NCBI GenBank assembly: GCA_964016885.1
Contig: OZ024744.1
Coordinates: 99,324,001-99,388,000, forward strand
Direction: 5' to 3'
Source of the DNA: Eledone cirrhosa
Lineage: Eukaryota
DNA length: 64,000 nucleotides
Numbering within the stretch: the first letter of the stretch is position 1; each line of letters begins with the position of its first letter. Positions 27,401 through 39,600 of this stretch are shown in pieces. The position numbers and the translations under genes are program-made. The notes below the pieces were generated by a model that had not been told where the DNA came from, ran no database searches, and saw only the letters and a list, made by a program, of their open reading frames with translations.

Positions 27401-30400
27401 CACCTACATGACCACTTTACAGTGTGTACAGAGTGCCTTTTATTGTGACACCTACATGACCACTTTACAGTGTGTACAGAGTGCCTTTTATTGTGCCACC
27501 TACATGACCACTTTACAGTGTGTACAGGGTGCCTTTTATTGTGACACCTACATGACCACTTTACAGTGTGGACTGTGTGCTTTTTGTCATGACACCAACA
27601 TGACCAATTTACAGTGTGGGCTGTGTGCTTTTTGTCATGACACCGACATGACCACTTTACAGTGTGGGATGTGTGCTTTTTGTCATGACACCGACATGAC
27701 CACTTCACAGTGTGGACTGGGTGCTTTTTGTCATGACACCTACATGACCACTTTACAGTGTGGACTGGGTGCTTTTTGTCATGACACTGACATGACCACT
27801 TTACAGTGTGGACTGGGTGCTTTTTGTCATGACACCTACATGACCACTTTACAGTGTGGACTGGGTGCTTTTTGTCATGACACTGACATGATCACTTTAC
27901 AGTGTGGACTGGGTGCTTTTTGTCATGACACCTACACGACCACTTTACAGTGTGGACTGGGTGCTTTTTGTCATGACACCTACATGACCACTTTACAGTG
28001 TGGACTGGGTGCTTTTTGTCATGACACTGACATGATCACTTTACAGTGTGGACTGGGTGCTTTTTGTCATGACACCTACATGACCACTTTACAGTGTGGA
28101 CTGGGTGCTTTTTGTCATGACACCTACCTTTACCACTTTACAGTGTGGACTGGGTGCTTTTTGTCATGACACCTACCTTTACCACTTTACAGTGTGGACT
28201 GGGTGCTTTTTGTCATGACACCTACCTTTACCACTTTACAGTGTGGACTGGGTGCTTTTTGTCATGACACCTACCTTTACCACTTTACAGTGTGGACTGG
28301 GTGCTTTTTGTCATGACACCTACCTTTACCACTTTACAGTGTGGACTGGGTGCTTTTTATTGTGCCACCTACATGACCACTTTACAGTGTGTACAGAGTG
28401 CCTTTTATTGTGACACCTACATGACCACTTTACAGTGTGGGCTGGGTGCTTTTTATTGTGCCACCTACATGACCACTTTACAGTGTGGACTGGGTGCTTT
28501 TTATTGTGACACCTACATGACCACTTTACAGTGTGGACTGGGTGCTTTTTATTGTGCCACCTACATGACCACTTTACAGTGTGTAGAGGGTGCCTTTTAT
28601 TGTGACACCTACATGACCACTTTACAGTGTGGACTGGGTGCTTTTTATTGTGACACCTACATGACCACTTTACAGTGTGTAGTGGGTGCTTTTTATTGTG
28701 ACACCTACATGACCACTTTACAGTGTGGACTGGGTGCCTTTTATTGTGACACCTACATGACCACTTTACAGTGTGTACAGAGTGCCTTTTATTGTGCCAC
28801 CTACATGACCACTTTACAGTGTGGACTGGGTGCCTTTTATTGTGACACCTACATGACCACTTTACAGTGTGGACTGGGTGCTTTTTATTGTGACACCTAC
28901 ATGACCACTTTACAGTGTGGACTGGGTGCTTTTTATTGTGACACCTACATGACCACTTTACAGTGTGTACAGAGTGCCTTTTATTGTGACACCTACATGA
29001 CCACTTTACAGTGTGTACAGAGTGCCTTTTATTGTGACACCTACATGACCACTTTACAGTGTGGACTGGGTGCTTTTTATTGTGCCACCTACATGACCAC
29101 TTTACAGTGTGTACAGAGTGCCTTTTATTGTGACACCTACATGACCACTTTACAGTGTGGGCTGGGTGCTTTTTATTGTGACACCTACATGACCACTTTA
29201 CAGTGTGTACAGAGTACCTTTTCTTGTGCCACCTACATGACCACTTTACAGTGTGTACAGAGTGCCTTTTATTGTGACACCTACATGACCACTTTACAGT
29301 GTGTACAGAGTGCCTTTTATTGTGCCACCTACATGACCACTTTACAGCGTGTACAGGGTGCCTTTTATTGTGACACCTACATGACCACTTTACAGTGTGG
29401 GCTGTGTGCTTTTTGTCATGACACCGACATGACCACTTTACAGTGTGGGATGTGTGCTTTTTGTCATGACACCGACATGACCACTTTACAGTGTGGACTG
29501 GGTGCTTTTTGTCATGACACCTACATGACCACTTTACAGTGTGGACTGGGTGCTTTTTGTCATGACACTGACATGACCACTTTACAGTGTGGACTGGGTG
29601 CTTTTTGTCATGACACCTACATGACCACTTTACAGTGTGGACTGGGTGCTTTTTGTCATGACACTGACATGATCACTTTACAGTGTGGACTGGGTGCTTT
29701 TTGTCATGACACCTACACGACCACTTTACAGTGTGGACTGGGTGCTTTTTGTCATGACACCTACATGACCACTTTACAGTGTGGACTGGGTGCTTTTTGT
29801 CATGACACTGACATGATCACTTTACAGTGTGGACTGGGTGCTTTTTGTCATGACACCTACATGACCACTTTACAGTGTGGACTGGGTGCTTTTTGTCATG
29901 ACACCTACCTTTACCACTTTACAGTGTGGACTGGGTGCTTTTTGTCATGACACCTACCTTTACCACTTTACAGTGTGGACTGGGTGCTTTTTGTCATGAC
30001 ACCTACCTTTACCACTTTACAGTGTGGACTGGGTGCTTTTTGTCATGACACCTACCTTTACCACTTTACAGTGTGGACTGGGTGCTTTTTGTCATGACAC
30101 CTACCTTTACCACTTTACAGTGTGGACTGGGTGCTTTTTGTCATGACACTAACATGACCACTTTCTAGTGTGTACAGAGTGCCTTTTATTGTAACACCAA
30201 CATGACCACTTTACAGTGTGTACAGAGTGCCTTTTATTGTGACACCTACATGACCACTTTATAGTGTGTACAGAGTGCCTTTTATTGTGACACCTACATG
30301 ACCACTTTACAGTGTGTACAGAGTGCCTTTTATTGTGCCACCTACATGACCACTTTACAGTGTGTACAGAGTGCCTTTTATTGTGCCACCTACATGACCA

Positions 30401-33215
30401 CTTTACAGTGTGGGCTGGGTGCCTTTTATTGTGCCATCTACATGACCACTTTACAGTGTGGACTGGGTGCTTTTTATTGTGCCACCTACATGACCACTTT
30501 ACAGTGTGTACAGAGTGCCTTTTATTGTGCCATCTACATGACCACTTTACAGTGTGGACTGGGTGCTTTTTATTGTGACACCTACATGACCACTTTACAG
30601 TGTGGACTGGGTGCTTTTTATTGTGACACCTACATGACCACTTTACAGGGTGTACAGAGTGCCTTTTATTGTGACACCTACATGACCACTTTACAGTGTG
30701 TACAGAGTGCCTTTTATTGTGCCATCTACATGACCACTTTACAGTGTGGACTGGGTGCTTTTTATTGTGACACCTACATGACCACTTTACAGTGTGGACT
30801 GGGTGCTTTTTATTGTGACACCTACATGACCACTTTACAGTGTGGGCTGGGTGCTTTTTGTTGTGACACCTACATGACCACTTTACAGTGTGGACTGGGT
30901 GCTTTTTATTGTGACACCTACATGACCACTTTACAGTGTGGACTGGGTGCTTTTTATTGTGCCACCTACATGACCACTTTACAGTGTGTAGAGGGTGCCT
31001 TTTATTGTGACACCTACATGACCACTTTATAGTGTGTACTGAGTGCCTTTAATTGTGCCACCTACATGACCACTTTACAGTGTGGACTGGGTGCTTTTTA
31101 TTGTGCCACCTACATGACCACTTTACAGTGTGTACAGAGTGCCTTTTATTGTGACACCTACATGACCACTTTACAGTGTGGGCTGGGTGCTTTTTATTGT
31201 GCCACCTACATGACCACTTTACAGTGTGGACTGGGTGCTTTTTATTGTGACACCTACATGACCACTTTACAGTGTGTACAGAGTGCCTTTTATTGTGACA
31301 CCTACATGACCACTTTATAGTGTGTACAGAGTGCCTTTTATTGTGCCACCTACATGACCACTTTACAGTGTGGACTGGGTGCTTTTTATTGTGCCACCTA
31401 CATGACCACTTTACAGTGTGTACAGAGTGCCTTTTATTGTGACACCTACATGACCACTTTACAGTGTGGGCTGGGTGCTTTTTATTGTGCCACCTACATG
31501 ACCACTTTACAGTGTGGACTGGGTGCTTTTTATTGTGACACCTACATGACCACTTTACAGTGTGGACTGGGTGCTTTTTATTGTGCCACCTACATGACCA
31601 CTTTACAGTGTGTAGAGGGTGCCTTTTATTGTGACACCTACATGACCACTTTACAGTGTGGACTGGGTGCTTTTTATTGTGACACCTACATGACCACTTT
31701 ACAGTGTGTAGTGGGTGCTTTTTATTGTGACACCTACATGACCACTTTACAGTGTGGACTGGGTGCCTTTTATTGTGACACCTACATGACCACTTTACAG
31801 TGTGTACAGAGTGCCTTTTATTGTGCCACCTACATGACCACTTTACAGTGTGGACTGGGTGCCTTTTATTGTGACACCTACATGACCACTTTACAGTGTG
31901 GACTGGGTGCTTTTTATTGTGACACCTACATGACCACTTTACAGTGTGGACTGGGTGCTTTTTATTGTGACACCTACATGACCACTTTACAGTGTGTACA
32001 GAGTGCCTTTTATTGTGACACCTACATGACCACTTTACAGTGTGTACAGAGTGCCTTTTATTGTGACACCTACATGACCACTTTATAGTGTGTACAGAGT
32101 GCCTTTTATTGTGCCACCTACATGACCACTTTACAGTGTGGACTGGGTGCTTTTTATTGTGCCACCTACATGACCACTTTACAGTGTGTACAGAGTGCCT
32201 TTTATTGTGACACCTACATGACCACTTTACAGTGTGGGCTGGGTGCTTTTTATTGTGACACCTACATGACCACTTTACAGTGTGTACAGAGTACCTTTTC
32301 TTGTGCCACCTACATGACAACTTTACAGTGTGTACAGAGTGCCTATTATTGTGACACCTACATGACCACTTTACAGTGTGTACAGAGTGCCTTTTATTGT
32401 GCCACCTACATGACCACTTTACAGTGTGTACAGGGTGCCTTTTATTGTGACACCTACATGACCACTTTACAGTGTGGACTGTGTGCTTTTTGTCATGACA
32501 CCAACATGACCAATTTACAGTGTGGGCTGTGTGCTTTTTGTCATGACACCGACATGACCACTTTACAGTGTGGGATGTGTGCTTTTTGTCATGACACCGA
32601 CATGACCACTTCACAGTGTGGACTGGGTGCTTTTTGTCATGACACCTACATGACCACTTTACAGTGTGGACTGGGTGCTTTTTGTCATGACACTGACATG
32701 ACCACTTTACAGTGTGGACTGGGTGCTTTTTGTCATGACACCTACATGACCACTTTACAGTGTGGACTGGGTGCTTTTTGTCATGACACTGACATGATCA
32801 CTTTACAGTGTGGACTGGGTGCTTTTTGTCATGACACCTACACGACCACTTTACAGTGTGGACTGGGTGCTTTTTCTCATGACACCTACATGACCACTTT
32901 ACAGTGTGGACTGGGTGCTTTTTGTCATGACACTGACATGATCACTTTACAGTGTGGACTGGGTGCTTTTTGTCATGACACCTACATGACCACTTTACAG
33001 TGTGGACTGGGTGCTTTTTGTCATGACACCTACCTTTACCACTTTACAGTGTGGACTGGGTGCTTTTTGTCATGACACCTACCTTTACCACTTTACAGTG
33101 TGGACTGGGTGCTTTTTGTTATGACACCTACACAACCACTTTACAGTGTGGATGGGTACTTTTTGTCATGACACCTACACAACCACATTACAGTGTGGAC
33201 TGGGTGCTTTTTGTT
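18484..33215. repeat. ~14.7-kb 48-bp satellite (~300 copies) with higher-order blocks
   Basis: Unit gacacctacatgaccactttacagtgtg(gactgg/tacaga)gtgc(t/c)ttttattgt; 49-bp variants near 28.1-28.3, 29.9-30.1 and 33.0 kb. Confidence 0.99.
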
Positions 33216-33495
33216 AGGGCACCAGAATAATCAGTTTAAAGTGTTGACTGGGGTGGGGTAGGTGTATGGGGATTGGCGAGGTAGAAGGTAGATCTAGGGT
33301 GGGGCAGTTATCAGGTGAGGGGTGGATGAAGGTGTGTATGGAAAGGGGAGGTGAGGGAGAGTAGTGCGTAGTAGATGTATGCTTCAACCTGATATATATC
33401 ATCATCATCTTCGTCATCATCATCTCATCATCATCCTCATCACCACCGCCAACATGATCATCATCACCACCATCATCATCATCATCATCTTCACG

Positions 33496-33538
<43 letters not shown>

Positions 33539-33589
33539 CCACCACCATCATCACTACAAACACCACCACCACTATAGGCACAAGCCAGC

Positions 33590-34150
33590 AAATGTTGGGT
33601 AGGGGAAAGTCAATTAAGTTGATCTCATAAGAATGAAAGGCAAAGCTAACCTCTGTGGTATTTGAACTCAGACCCCAAAGGGCCTTAACTCTATGTTGCA
33701 AATCATGGCATCCAACCGTCTACTGATTCTGCCAATCCATTACCATTACGGGATTGGCAGTAATTGGTAGAGCGTCAGTCACCATGATTTGCAGCATAGA
33801 GTTATGGTCCTTTATGTTGTGAGTTCAAATCTTGCCGAGGTTAACTTTGCCTTTCATCCTTACGGGGTCGATAAAATAAAGTACCAGTAATACACTGGGG
33901 ATAATTGCTGGCTTTGTGTCTATAGTAGAAACCATTATTATGCCGTAAAAAAGGGCAGTGGATTGGCAGTATCGGTAGAGGGTCGGACGCCATGCTTTGC
34001 AGCAAAGAGTTACGGCCCTTTATGGTTTGAGTTCAAATCCCGCCGAGGTTAACTTTACCTTTCATCCTTACGGGGTCGATAAAATAAAGTACCAGTAATG
34101 CACTGGGGGTATTTGCTGGCCTTGTGCCTATAGTAGAAACCATTATTATG
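33590..34150. mobile_element. Family-A tRNA SINEs: one partial minus copy, two tandem plus copies
   Basis: A/B boxes and core at 33750-33940 and 33953-34150; inverted copy at ~33590-33745. Confidence 0.85.
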
Positions 34151-34351
34151 CCGTAAAAATGTTTCTAAATATATAAGCTGTTCTTTTCTTGTGTTGGCAT
34201 AACATTAACATTAACATATGCTAAAGGTTTCTCCTGGTGAGACTGCTTTGCATTTAATGTTGAAGTTTTGTTATTAGGGATATTGTTTATGAAACAACAA
34301 AGAGCATTCTTATCTATAATGTCAGTCAGTTGGAAGTTGTAAAGTCTTTTT

Positions 34352-34402
34352 TCAAAAACCTATGAAAATCACATGACTGAAGAGATTTCTTTTATTTTGA
34401 AT
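34352..34402 (-). CDS. Putative terminal coding exon of an unidentified host gene (IQNKRNLFSHVIFIGF*)
   Basis: Acceptor ttattgttgcag, phase 0 compatible with the 35553-35599 exon, non-repetitive sequence, ATTAAA downstream (~34253-34258). Confidence 0.4.
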   Translation of the reverse strand: MQNKRNLFSHVIFIGF

Positions 34403-34514
34403 CTGCAACAATAACACACTCACTTTTAATATGTGTAAATTATTTTGTTAGCAGTCACAATTTATATATTAGTTTATAAACAAAATTTACGTAATAAAAT
34501 TAGAAACGAAGCAT

Positions 34515-35520
34515 AAAAGGAATCAAATGGTGTGTGTAGGAGAGGAGATTGCGTTGATATAGACATGTGATGTGTATGAAGGATGACAGTTGCATAGAAA
34601 GCTGCAGAGTTGAAGGAAGCCTTGGAGTGGGGAGACCCAAGAAGACCTGGGATGAAGTGATAAAAGCTGACCTTGCCCAATTGCACCTCCCAAAGGCGAT
34701 GACACATGTCATGCAGTAATACAGAAGACCCGACTTCCTACGGGTACAAGCTGACGTTGAAGCATATAGACAATATGCCCCAATCCCCTCCCACTGTAAA
34801 GTGATCATGTAGGTGCCACGGTAAAAAAGCATCCATCACTCACTGTAAATGAGGTTGGTGTTAGGAAGGACATCCAGCTGTAGAAATCAAGCCAGAATCA
34901 GTTCCTGTATGAGCAAGACAAGGTCAGCCGACTGGACCCTGCCCACAACAGGACAACCATCTAACCCATGCTAGAGTGGAAGAATGGATGTAAACCGGTG
35001 ATGATGATGATGATGATATATATATATATATAGTGCAGGGCAATGGAAATTGATGGAAGCTACGGAGTGGGTAGACCAAGAAAAATCTGGGACGAGGTGA
35101 AACTGACCTTGCTCACTTACACCTCTCTAAGACAATGACACTGGATCGAGATCTTTGGTGCATGCAGTTGTACAGAAGACCCGACTGCCATTGCATACAA
35201 ACCTACAGTCAGTAGGCACCTCTTAACCCAATCTACACCCTACCCAATACACCCTACCCCATCTTCCCTCTCCCGTTCCGTCCACTGTGTCGATGACACA
35301 ACAGTCCACACTGTAAGGTGGTCATGTAGGAGACACGGTGAAAAGGCTCCCAGTCCACACTGTAAATGTGGTTGGTGAAGGAAGGGCATCCATCTTTAAA
35401 AAACCTGCCAGAGACTTCCGTACAAGCGAGACATGGTCTCCCAACCAATCCCGTATCAAATGGAACAAAACCGTTTAACCCATACTAGCATGGAAGATGG
35501 ACATTAAACGATGATGATGA
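34515..35520 (+). mobile_element. Two 5'-truncated RTE 3' ends
   Basis: ggaatcaaatggtgtgtg..gatgacagttgcata..gggagacccaagaagacctgg match the RTE C-terminus; both end in (GAT)n. Confidence 0.85.
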
Positions 35521-35552
35521 TATACATATATAATAAGACAAAAATAAATTAC

Positions 35553-35599
35553 CTCAAAATACTTTGTGATTCTTACTGCAGTTTCATCTTGAAGATATT
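35553..35599 (-). CDS. Putative internal exon (47 nt; xYLQDETAVRITKYFE)
   Basis: ttattag|aatatc...tttgag|gtaatt; open frame, phase 1 to phase 0. Confidence 0.5.
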
Positions 35600-35751
35600 C
35601 TAATAATTTAGCATACAGGATTGATTTATAATTAAGTTAATTCATTCATTGAGCATAAATTGTAATTAATGGACACTTTTATATGTATTTATATGCATAT
35701 GTATTTATATGCATATGTATATAAATATATGTATCTGCTATATATATATAA

Positions 35752-36035
35752 TTTGAAGTTTGAAAGCCACAACAATAAGAATTGGACAGAAAATAATGAA
35801 GTCGTAAGAAACAAGGGATGTTTTTTACCTTAATTTATTCATGTGTCCTGATATTTTGAGACTAATATCTCTTCTTCCGAGGAAAATAAAAAAACTATTC
35901 CAGTATCCGATTTGACTTGGTATAAAAAGCCAAAGGACATATGAATAAATTAAGATAAAAAACACTCCTTGTTTCTGACGACTTTATTATTTTTCATCCA
36001 ATTCACACTGTCGTGGCTTTCAAACTTCAAATTCT
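35752..36035. mobile_element. Inverted-repeat Penelope-like remnant with a decayed hammerhead (35847-35882, minus)
   Basis: ~95-bp imperfect inverted arms; cct-CGGAAGA-agagatattagtctc-AAAA-ta-TC-agg. Confidence 0.55.
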
Positions 36036-36104
36036 TTATACCATATACAATGCTTTAAGTAAACTACAAATTCCTACTTATATATATATATATATATATA
36101 TATA

Positions 36105-36456
36105 AATGATATTAAATAAATGGAAACTATATTTATAAAACCATGATGATGATTCTATTATATATATTTCAAGGGTACCAAAACTTTGGTACGTTCTCAT
36201 CAGATAAAATACAAAGTTTGTTTTATAAATATTGACATATCCAGGAAGAAGATCTTAACGGTGCAAGTTTTTCCTGGATAGTCAGGAAAAACTTGAACTG
36301 TTAAGATCTTCTTCCTGGATATGTCAATATTTATAAAACAAACTTTGTATTTTATCTGATGAGAACGTACCAAAGTTTTGGTACCCTTGAAATATATATA
36401 TAATAGAATCATCATCATGGTTTTATAAATATAGTTTCCATTTATTTAATATCATT
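36105..36456. repeat. Near-perfect palindrome (~172-bp arms, 6-nt spacer); each arm has a hammerhead-like motif
   Basis: Arms differ by ~2 substitutions and one TA; CTGATGA-gaac-gtaccaaa/tttggtac-cctt-GAAA-tata-TA at 36356-36398 and its mirror. Confidence 0.9.
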
Positions 36457-36591
36457 GATATTATACTCCAGAAAACATGTTGAGTGCTTCGAATATATTT
36501 GTTGAATTACCAACAAATTAAATATCTCTTTTGCTTTTATATATATATATGTCTATATATATATGTATATATATATGTATATATATATATG

Positions 36592-36666
<75 letters not shown>

Positions 36667-36668
<2 letters not shown>

Positions 36669-39600
36669 TCATCATCATCATCATCACCATTTTACGTCTG
36701 TTCTTCCATGCTAGCATGGGTTAGACGGGTTGTCCTGTTGTGGGCAGTGTCTGGTCGGCTGACCATGCCTTGCTCATACAGGAACTGATTTTAGCTTGAT
36801 TTCTACAGCTGGATGCCCTTCCTAACACCAACCTCATTTACAGTGAGTGCTGGGTGCTTTTTTCCGTGGTACCTACACGTCCACTTTACCGTGTGGGCTG
36901 GGTGCTTTTTTACCGTGGCACCTCCACGACCACTTTGCAGTGTAAGGGTGTGGGGGCATATTGTCTATATGCTTCAGCTTGTACCCATGGGAGGTCGGGT
37001 ACTCTGTATTACTGCGTGATGTCAGAGGTCACGGTCGTGTGTCATTGTCTTTGAGAGGTGCAATTGGGTAAGGTTGGCTTTTATCACCTCATTTCAGGTC
37101 TTCTTGGGTCTCCCCACTCCGCGGTTTCCATTGACTTCTAGTGCTCTGCACCTTTTTATGCAGCTGTCATCCTTCATCACATGTCCATACCAGCGCAACC
37201 GCTTCTCCTGCACACAGCATTTGATTCCTCTTATGCTCAGTCTCTCTCTCAATTTATTTATGCTTTGCCGTTCGCATATATTACTATTACACATCCATCG
37301 GAACATGCAGGCTTCGTTTCTTTCTAATCTACGTAAGTCTTCCACCTTCAGCGCCCAGGTCTCACTACCATGTAACATTGCTGTTCGTATACACGCATCA
37401 TACAGTCTGCCTTTCATTTTGAGGGAGAAGCCTTTTGCAGCTAGCAGTGGCAGTAGTTCCCTGAACTTCTTCCATCCCGTTCTTACCCTAGTTATTGTAC
37501 TTTCTGAACACCCACCTCCGCTGCTAATTCGGTCACCTAGGTAGCAGAAGCTGTCTACTGTTTCTACAGAGCCCTCCCAGAGATTGGTGGTACTTGTTTC
37601 CTGTGGCTGTTTGCTGCTTGCTGTCCCAGCACAGCTGCTACATGTGAAGCCTACATTCTTAATTAAGCTTCCTGAGATCCTGCTACATCTCTTGTATACC
37701 CATCGTTTGCATTTGGGGCAGAGAATGGAGTTCCTACCTACACCTTTCCTACATACTGAGCAAGGCCATTTCCTTGAGGGAATCTGGGTTCTGTTTTCTA
37801 GTCTACTTACAAGGACCTTAGTGTTTGTCAGGTTGACTTTGAGACCCTTTCTTTCTAGTCCCTGCTTCCAAGTTTGGAATTTCTTCTCTAGTTCTACCAT
37901 AGATTCAGCTATAAGTGTGAGGTCATCTGCATACAGGAGTTCCCATGGTCATCCGGTCTTAAACTCCTCCGTTATTGCCTGCAGGACTATGATGAACAGG
38001 AGAGGGCTAAGAACAGAGCCCTGGTGGACACCAGCCTGTACACTAAATTCCTCGCTATACTCATTGCTAATCCTAACTTTGCTGACTGCTCCCCTATACA
38101 TGGCTTGTACAGCTTTCACAAGCCATTCATCTACTCCTAGTTTTCTAAGAGCCCACCAGATTATAGCACGTGGAACTCTGTCAAAGGCTTTCTTGAGATC
38201 GACGAACGCCAGGTAGAGTGGCTTACTTTTAGCTAGGTACTTTTCCTGTAACTGCCTCACAAGGAAGAGGGCATCAGTAGTGCCTCTTCCTGGTACAAAC
38301 CTAAATTGCATCTCATCTAGTTTCACCCGGTCCCTAATCAACTGTGCTATAACTCTTTCTGTTACTTTCATGACCTGGTCCATCAGCTTTATACTTTTAT
38401 AGTTTCCTCTATCTAATGCATCACCTTTACCTTTGTAGCAGTTGACAATGATGCTACTGCACCAATCTTTTGGTATGACACCTTCTAGTATTACCTGGTT
38501 AACAATACGTGTGGTTATAGTGTGACCTACAGACCCAGATGCCTTCAGCATCTCGGCAGCTATACCCGATGGACTGGTTGCCTTCCCCATCTTCATATCT
38601 TTGATTGCCTTACTTACTACGCTGCTGCTGACTTGTACTGCTGGCCCCTCTTTTGGGTCTACTTGGGGTAGGGTCTCTTCTTCCCATGCATTCTCCTCAT
38701 TTAGTAATCTATCATAATGGCTCTTCCATGCATCTTTCTTCTCAGCACTTGTGAGGGCAAGCTCACCTTTATCATTCCGGATACACTTCTCTCCAATGAC
38801 ATCACAACTCTCTCTGACACACTGCCTCGCAATCTTGAACACCTCCTGTTTCTGGTCCTCATGTTGCAAAACATGCTTGAATTTTCTATCCTCTGCTTCC
38901 CTCCTAGCTAAGTATACTTGTCGCCTAGCTTCCCTCCTGGTCTCTATGTAATGTACCCTGCTTCCCGAGTTCTTCCATTCTTTCCATGCCTGTCTCTTGG
39001 CCTTAACTGCCTCATCTACCTTATTGTTCCACCACCAAGTCACTCTCCTCCTGCTTGTGGTCTTACTCCAGCCACAGATGTTATCCGTCGCCTCTAATAA
39101 GTTATTTTTTAGGAACTCCCAGTGCTCTTCTACATAGAATGTCTCTATCTGTTCTTCTTTACTGTCGTAGGCGTTGAGTAAAATATCTTTAAATCTGTTA
39201 CTGGCTGAGGGGTCTTTCAGCTTCCAGATCTTTCTTCTCCAGGTTGGCCCCTGTTTCCAGGTTCGTCTAGTTTTGACCGTGAGGTCGCTGACAACTAAGC
39301 TATGTTGGGAGGTACATTCCTTACTAGGGGAGGCTTTTGTGTTTACGACCGTCCATCTGTCACGTCCTCTGATGAGGATAAAATCTATCTGACTAGAGTG
39401 CTCCCCTGATCTATAGGTGATCAGGTGGTTGTCGGGTTTTTTGAAGTTTGTGTTACATATCGACGTCATTGGCGTCGCAGAATTCTAGAAGTCTGAATCC
39501 TTCTTCATTTCTTGTGCCAACTCCATGGACTCTATTGAAGCCGTCACAGTGTTTACCTACGTGTCCGTTAAAATCTCCTGCGATGATTAAGAAGTCATTG

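Noticed and set aside
18484-33215. Long Cys-rich ORFs (MTTLQCGLGAFYCDTY / HTVKWSCRCHNKKHPV) or a CRISPR-like array
   Set aside because: A 48-bp period trivially preserves frame; scattered stops and frameshifting 47/49-bp units occur; there are no unique spacers or cas genes; the unit derives from a LINE UTR
35568-35590. GAAA-ctgcag-TA on the minus strand as a hammerhead 3' half
   Set aside because: No upstream core box; better explained as exon sequence
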